11,384 nucleotides of DNA from Planctomycetales bacterium (lineage in GTDB: Bacteria; 4484-113), in contig JBBIRS010000016.1 of assembly GCA_037441675.1 (NCBI GenBank), forward strand, positions 1-11,384, written 5' to 3'. Under the pieces are notes generated by a model. The model made no database searches. It was given only the letters and a program-made list of their open reading frames with translations, and was not told where the DNA came from. The position numbers were made by a program, and so were the translations under genes. Each line of letters starts with the position of its first letter. The stretch's first letter is position 1. Of this stretch, positions 7,372 through 11,384 are shown piece after piece.

Positions 7372-9207
7372 ATGGAAGTAACGAAAAGACAAAATGAAAT
7401 CTTCCGAACACATAACAACGGAGAGCTCGCACAGCAAGTACTTTCAGAAGATTCAAGCGTTCCAGTTACCCTTTGCGGATGGGTTGAAAAGCATAGAGAC
7501 TTGGGCAAACTCATCTTTTTTCGATTACGTGATCGTTGGGGAAGCGTTCAAGTTAGGGTAGATGAAACAGAAAACGCATCTGCCTTTGAAGTCGCTAAAA
7601 AACTGCGTTCTGAATATGTTATAGCTGTTAAAGGTTTCCTCAAACTACGACCACCAAAAGAGCGTAAAGACGAAGTCGCTGGTGACAGGGAGTTACACGC
7701 AAACGAAATTTATCTATATGCAACCGCTAAAACTCCTCCGTTTTACGTAGCTGACGATCCACAGGTGGACGAGAACTTAAGAATGAAGTTTCGCTATCTT
7801 GATTTAAGGCGGGCGCCTATGATCCGCAACTTAACCATCCGACATAAGGCATTCTTAGCTTTACGAAATTTCCTGAGCCAAGAAGGATTTCTAGAAATTG
7901 AGACACCAATGCTAACTAAATCAACCCCAGAAGGTGCTAGGGATTACCTAGTCCCAAGCAGGATACATAAAGGAAAGTTTTACGCTCTTCCACAATCACC
8001 ACAGCTTCTTAAGCAAATTCTTATGATAGCTGGCGTTGACAGATACTTTCAGCTGGTTAAATGCTTTAGAGATGAAGATTTACGTGCGGATAGACAACCG
8101 GAGTTTACCCAGCTTGACTTGGAAATGAGCTTTGCGACTCGGCAGGAATTGTTTGATTTAATGGAACGAGCAATGGCACATATATTTGAAGTTGCAATCA
8201 ATGAAGAAGTTAATCTACCCTTTCAACAGTTCACTTACGAGGAAGCAATGAAAAGATTTGGCGCTGATAAACCAGACTTAAGGCTTGGCGCGGAAATTGT
8301 TGACTTTACAGACGCGTTGAATCAGACGGAGTTTATGGTCATTAGGAGTCTTATAAGTAGTGGGGGTAAAGTTCTGGGTATTTGTGCACCCTGTAAAGTT
8401 TCTAGAAAGGAAGAGGAAGAGCTGAACTCTTTTGTGAAAGAGCTAGGTGCTGGCGGGTTAATTCTAATTAGTATAAATGAAACAGGAGAGCTTTCAGGTT
8501 CCTTTACCAAGCATCTTTCTCCTGAAGAAAGGTTTGAGGTTCGGCGTCTTGTGATTGCTTCACTTACAACTGATTCCACTGAAGATGTGTTAGAAGCTCC
8601 CGCAGGCACTATATTTTTGATAGCTGGAGATGAGAATAAGCTACGAGGAATATTAGCTCAGCTTAGAAGGTATATTTGGGAGAAATACTCCTTACCTGTA
8701 AAGAAAGGCTGGCATTTTGCTTGGATTACTGATTTTCCACTCTTTGAGATTGATGAAACTTCTGATAAACTATCTCCTTCTCACCATCCATTCACACATC
8801 CCCTTCCCGCTCATGAGTACTACCTTGAATCAGAACCCCTTAAAGTTCTTGCGGATTGTTATGACCTAGTGCTTAATGGAGAGGAGCTTGGTAGTGGAAG
8901 CCTACGAATCTTCAACCCCGATCTTCAGAGAAGAGTCCTAAGAGTTCTTGGCTACAAGGACGAGACAATTGATGAGAGGTTCGGTTTTCTTTTGAACGCG
9001 TACACTTACGGAGCACCTCCCCATCGCGGCATTGCGCTTGGAATGGACCGCATTGTTATGCTAATGTGCGGTGAGAGTAATATCCGTGAGGTAATTGCAT
9101 TTCCTAAAACAGCGCAAGCAACCTGCCTGTTAACCGGCGCGCCTAGTGAGGTGGATACCGCTCAGCTTGAAGAACTAGGATTGTCCACCATAGAGGGTGG
9201 GCTTTGA
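7372..9207 (+). CDS. aspS: Aspartate--tRNA ligase (bacterial type, with GAD insertion domain)
   Basis: The protein has RTH, GWV..HRDLG, RYLDLRR, STPEGARDYLVPSR, FYALPQSPQ, motif 2 CFRDEDLRADRQPEFTQLDLE, HHPFT, and motif 3 GAPPHRGIALGMDR followed by IREVIAFPKT. ATG 7372 is 5 nt after GGAG; GTG 7369 is an alternative start. Confidence 0.98.
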   Translation: MEVTKRQNEIFRTHNNGELAQQVLSEDSSVPVTLCGWVEKHRDLGKLIFFRLRDRWGSVQVRVDETENASAFEVAKKLRSEYVIAVKGFLKLRPPKERKDEVAGDRELHANEIYLYATAKTPPFYVADDPQVDENLRMKFRYLDLRRAPMIRNLTIRHKAFLALRNFLSQEGFLEIETPMLTKSTPEGARDYLVPSRIHKGKFYALPQSPQLLKQILMIAGVDRYFQLVKCFRDEDLRADRQPEFTQLDLEMSFATRQELFDLMERAMAHIFEVAINEEVNLPFQQFTYEEAMKRFGADKPDLRLGAEIVDFTDALNQTEFMVIRSLISSGGKVLGICAPCKVSRKEEEELNSFVKELGAGGLILISINETGELSGSFTKHLSPEERFEVRRLVIASLTTDSTEDVLEAPAGTIFLIAGDENKLRGILAQLRRYIWEKYSLPVKKGWHFAWITDFPLFEIDETSDKLSPSHHPFTHPLPAHEYYLESEPLKVLADCYDLVLNGEELGSGSLRIFNPDLQRRVLRVLGYKDETIDERFGFLLNAYTYGAPPHRGIALGMDRIVMLMCGESNIREVIAFPKTAQATCLLTGAPSEVDTAQLEELGLSTIEGGL

Positions 9208-9272
9208 GGCTTTAGTATTAGCGCGTAATTCCATTGTAATTCAGATTATTTATGTTTAAGGGATAGTCTAGC

Positions 9273-9302
9273 TATAATAATTTTCTAACATATCGGGGGT
9301 AT
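9273..9302 (+). promoter_or_regulatory. TATAAT -10 box followed by a CsoR-like G-tract site upstream of the YHS/copA locus
   Basis: TATAAT at 9273-9278. TAACATATCGGGGGTAT at 9286-9302 has a right half resembling CsoR operators (…GGGGGTAT). Confidence 0.35.
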
Positions 9303-9398
9303 TCTCCTTTAATTTGGGCTTCCAAGTATAATATTTTTAATGGTGAGATTCCCGCTTTACCTGAAATGCATAGTATGGTTCAATAAGGAGTAAATACC

Positions 9399-9566
9399 AT
9401 GGATGATGAACTGGTTAAAGATATTGTTTGTGGAATGGAGATAGAGAAGAGCTCTTCCGAAAGTAGTGTGGAATATAATGGTGCTTGGTATTACTTTTGT
9501 AGCGAGCACTGCAAGCAAAAGTTCCTAGCATCCCCCGAAAAGTACACAAAAGAGACCCAAGAATAA
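9399..9566 (+). CDS. Small YHS/TRASH-domain metal-binding protein (55 aa; below the ORF-track length cutoff)
   Basis: Manual translation: MDDELVKDIVCGMEIEKSSSESSVEYNGAWYYFCSEHCKQKFLASPEKYTKETQE*. It shows the D-x-V-C-G-M...YYFCS..C..KF...PEKY pattern. A strong AAGGAG Shine-Dalgarno lies at 9385-9390, and the gene is directly upstream of copA. Confidence 0.9.
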   Translation: MDDELVKDIVCGMEIEKSSSESSVEYNGAWYYFCSEHCKQKFLASPEKYTKETQE

Positions 9567-9677
9567 ACCTCTATATTTGAAGCTAATTTAATTTCTGGGC
9601 TAAAGTGTTCTTGTATGCCCCACGCCTAACCCTGGCGAGAAATTTTTTTATTAGCTAGATTCTGTAACTTTCTGGCT

Positions 9678-9706
9678 AGATATTACTATAATAATTAGTA
9701 GTATCT
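9678..9706 (+). promoter_or_regulatory. Inverted repeat (candidate operator) overlapping a TATAAT -10 box upstream of copA
   Basis: AGATATTACTA-N7-TAGTAGTATCT, with arms matching 10/11. TATAAT lies at 9687-9692 and a GGAG Shine-Dalgarno at 9719-9722. Confidence 0.5.
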
Positions 9707-9729
9707 TGTAAGATTGATGGAGATTTAAT

Positions 9730-11358
9730 ATGCAAATTGATCCAGTCTGCAAAATGGAAGTAAGCCCAGAAACTTCCGCTGGTAAATCCGAATATAAAGG
9801 CGAGAGTTACTACTTTTGCAGTCCATACTGTAAGAAAAAATTTGATGAAAATCCTGAAAATTATGTCCATCACTCACATAAAGCCATCTTTCCACTAGCT
9901 GGCGAGGCATGCGGTACTGAATCCGCTTCTTCTGACGAAACCTGTGTAACCGCTGTTCTTGAGAAGGTTGATACAACTTCAGCAGCAGGCAAGGTTGAAT
10001 ACTTTTGCCCGATGTGCGAAGGAGTAGTTTCGGATGAGCCCGGAACTTGTCCCAAGTGCGGAATGGCACTGGAAAAGAGAGAGATTTTCTCAGATATAAG
10101 CGTGAAGGTTGAATACTTCTGCCCAATGCATTTAGAGGTGGTGCAGAATGAGCCCGGCAACTGCCCCAAGTGTGGAATGGCACTGGAAAAGCGCTTTATT
10201 GAGCTTGAAATTGAGGAAAAGCCCGATCCAGAGTTAGTAAAGCTCGGTAGAGAAACTTATTTTTCACTTATTCTTGCTTTTCCAGTTGTCCTTCTAACAA
10301 TTGCTGATTATCTTCCATGGGCTCGTGAAGCTTTTCCCTGGCTTTCCAAGAACATAAATTACTGGCTTCAGTTTATCTTCACGACGCCGATAATTCTTTA
10401 TCCAGCTAGGCGTTTTTATCGCGGGATGTGGAGTGCGCTTAAACGCAGAACCAGCAATATGTTCACGCTAATTGCGATCGGCATTACTGCTGCTTACGTT
10501 TATAGCCTTGTGGCACTGTTTTTCCCATCGCTCTTTCCAGAAAGCTTTCACAAGGAAGGAGTGGTTGAGGTTTTCTTTGACACGACCGCTGTTATCTCAG
10601 CGCTAATTTTGCTCAGTCAATTTCTTGAAGCAAAGGCGAGAAGTTTCACCAGTGGTGCGATTAAAAAGCTCATCGGTTTGCAAGCAAAGACCGCTCGTGT
10701 TATCCGCAATGGTGAAGAAGAGGAGATTTTAGTTTCACAAGTAGTGGTGGGGGACATTATCGTTGTTCGTCCAGGTGAGAAAATACCTGTTGATGGTGAA
10801 GTGGTGGAAGGAACGTCTGCGGTTGATGAAAGTATGCTTACTGGCGAAAGCATCCCGGTGGAAAAGGCACCTGGGAATATCGTTTTTGGTGCAACTATTA
10901 TCAAGACCGGGTCCTTCAAGTTCAAAGCCACTAAGGTTGGGAGAGACACAGTGCTTGCGCAGATTGTAAAGATGGTTCAGGAAGCGCAGGCTTCCCGAGC
11001 ACCCATACAGAGGCTTGTTGATATTGTTACAAGCTACTTTGTCCCTGCAGTAGTAGTCATTGCAATTATAACTTTTGTTATCTGGAATATTTTTGGGCCC
11101 GAGCCTGCCTTCGTCTATGGACTAATAACTTTCGTTTCCGTCTTAATAATTGCTTGTCCATGCGCACTTGGACTTGCCACGCCACTTGCAATTATGGTTG
11201 GAACTGGTAAAGGTGCAGAGGCTGGAATACTCATAAAGAACGCTGAAGCTTTAGAGAAGCTGGTACAAGCGCAGTATTTTGTGCTGGATAAGACTGGAAC
11301 CTTAACCAAAGGAAAGCCTGAGGTGTTTAATGTTATTCCACTAAACTTTTTTGATTAG
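9730..11358 (+). CDS. copA: Copper-translocating P1B-type ATPase (YHS plus two heavy-metal-binding repeats), interrupted by an in-frame TAG at 11356-11358; the frame continues to the window end
   Basis: It has an N-terminal YHS domain (DPVCKM...YYFCS..C) and two YFCPM(C/H)...PGxCPKCGM repeats. Also present are NMFTLI, the A-domain [11 protein letters not shown]...DESMLTGES, the TM metal site [12 protein letters not shown] and the phosphorylation site DKTGTLT. The HP, GDGxND and final TM motifs are missing before the stop. Confidence 0.92.
   Translation: MQIDPVCKMEVSPETSAGKSEYKGESYYFCSPYCKKKFDENPENYVHHSHKAIFPLAGEACGTESASSDETCVTAVLEKVDTTSAAGKVEYFCPMCEGVVSDEPGTCPKCGMALEKREIFSDISVKVEYFCPMHLEVVQNEPGNCPKCGMALEKRFIELEIEEKPDPELVKLGRETYFSLILAFPVVLLTIADYLPWAREAFPWLSKNINYWLQFIFTTPIILYPARRFYRGMWSALKRRTSNMFTLIAIGITAAYVYSLVALFFPSLFPESFHKEGVVEVFFDTTAVISALILLSQFLEAKARSFTSGAIKKLIGLQAKTARVIRNGEEEEILVSQVVVGDIIVVRPGEKIPVDGEVVEGTSAVDESMLTGESIPVEKAPGNIVFGATIIKTGSFKFKATKVGRDTVLAQIVKMVQEAQASRAPIQRLVDIVTSYFVPAVVVIAIITFVIWNIFGPEPAFVYGLITFVSVLIIACPCALGLATPLAIMVGTGKGAEAGILIKNAEALEKLVQAQYFVLDKTGTLTKGKPEVFNVIPLNFFD
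9991..10191 (+). repeat. Intragenic tandem duplication of an 87-bp metal-binding module in copA
   Basis: 9991-10077 and 10105-10191 align without gaps, 68/87 nt identical by hand count, with a 114-nt period. Confidence 0.9.
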
Positions 11359-11384
11359 AGTTCATTTATCCAGATTTCCGCATC

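Noticed and set aside
133..8609. Other short ORFs nested in or antisense to panC, the protease, the foldase, nfo and aspS
   Set aside because: They lie almost entirely within strongly supported genes and have no independent motif or RBS evidence.
9623..9649. CGCC-N7-GGCG plus T7 as a terminator after the YHS gene
   Set aside because: The stem is only 4 bp and the T-run is displaced by 5 nt, too weak to call.
9725..11309. Minus-strand ORFs overlapping copA (9676..9873, 9725..10183, 9870..10169, 10617..10949, 11115..11309) and the + strand 10763..10969 ORF
   Set aside because: These are shadow ORFs of a well-supported gene and have no recognisable motifs. The repeat in the 152-aa ORF only mirrors the copA duplication.
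11347..11352. T6 run as a phase-variation or frameshift site explaining the copA stop
   Set aside because: The run is short. One shifted frame stops at once and the other lacks ATPase similarity, whereas the unshifted frame matches the expected helix.

Overview
This is a bacterial chromosomal segment of moderately low GC, made up mostly of housekeeping genes. In order it holds the 3' part of panC with an overlapping panD (pantothenate synthesis), a convergent secreted EcxA/DUF5117-type metzincin protease and a divergent membrane-anchored SurA/PrsA-like foldase with a TPR-like tail. These are followed by an archaeal-type endonuclease IV, aspS and a copper locus. The copper locus contains an uncalled 55-aa YHS protein and a CopA-type P1B ATPase with one YHS and two duplicated Cys-rich metal-binding repeats. 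The most striking anomaly is an in-frame TAG in copA just after the DKTGT motif. The same frame continues with residues that fit the expected N-domain helix, so this is a nonsense mutation, an assembly error or amber read-through. Other points of interest are an apparently circularly permuted parvulin domain and several candidate operators and hairpins in intergenic DNA. I saw no mobile element, CRISPR array, tRNA or rRNA.
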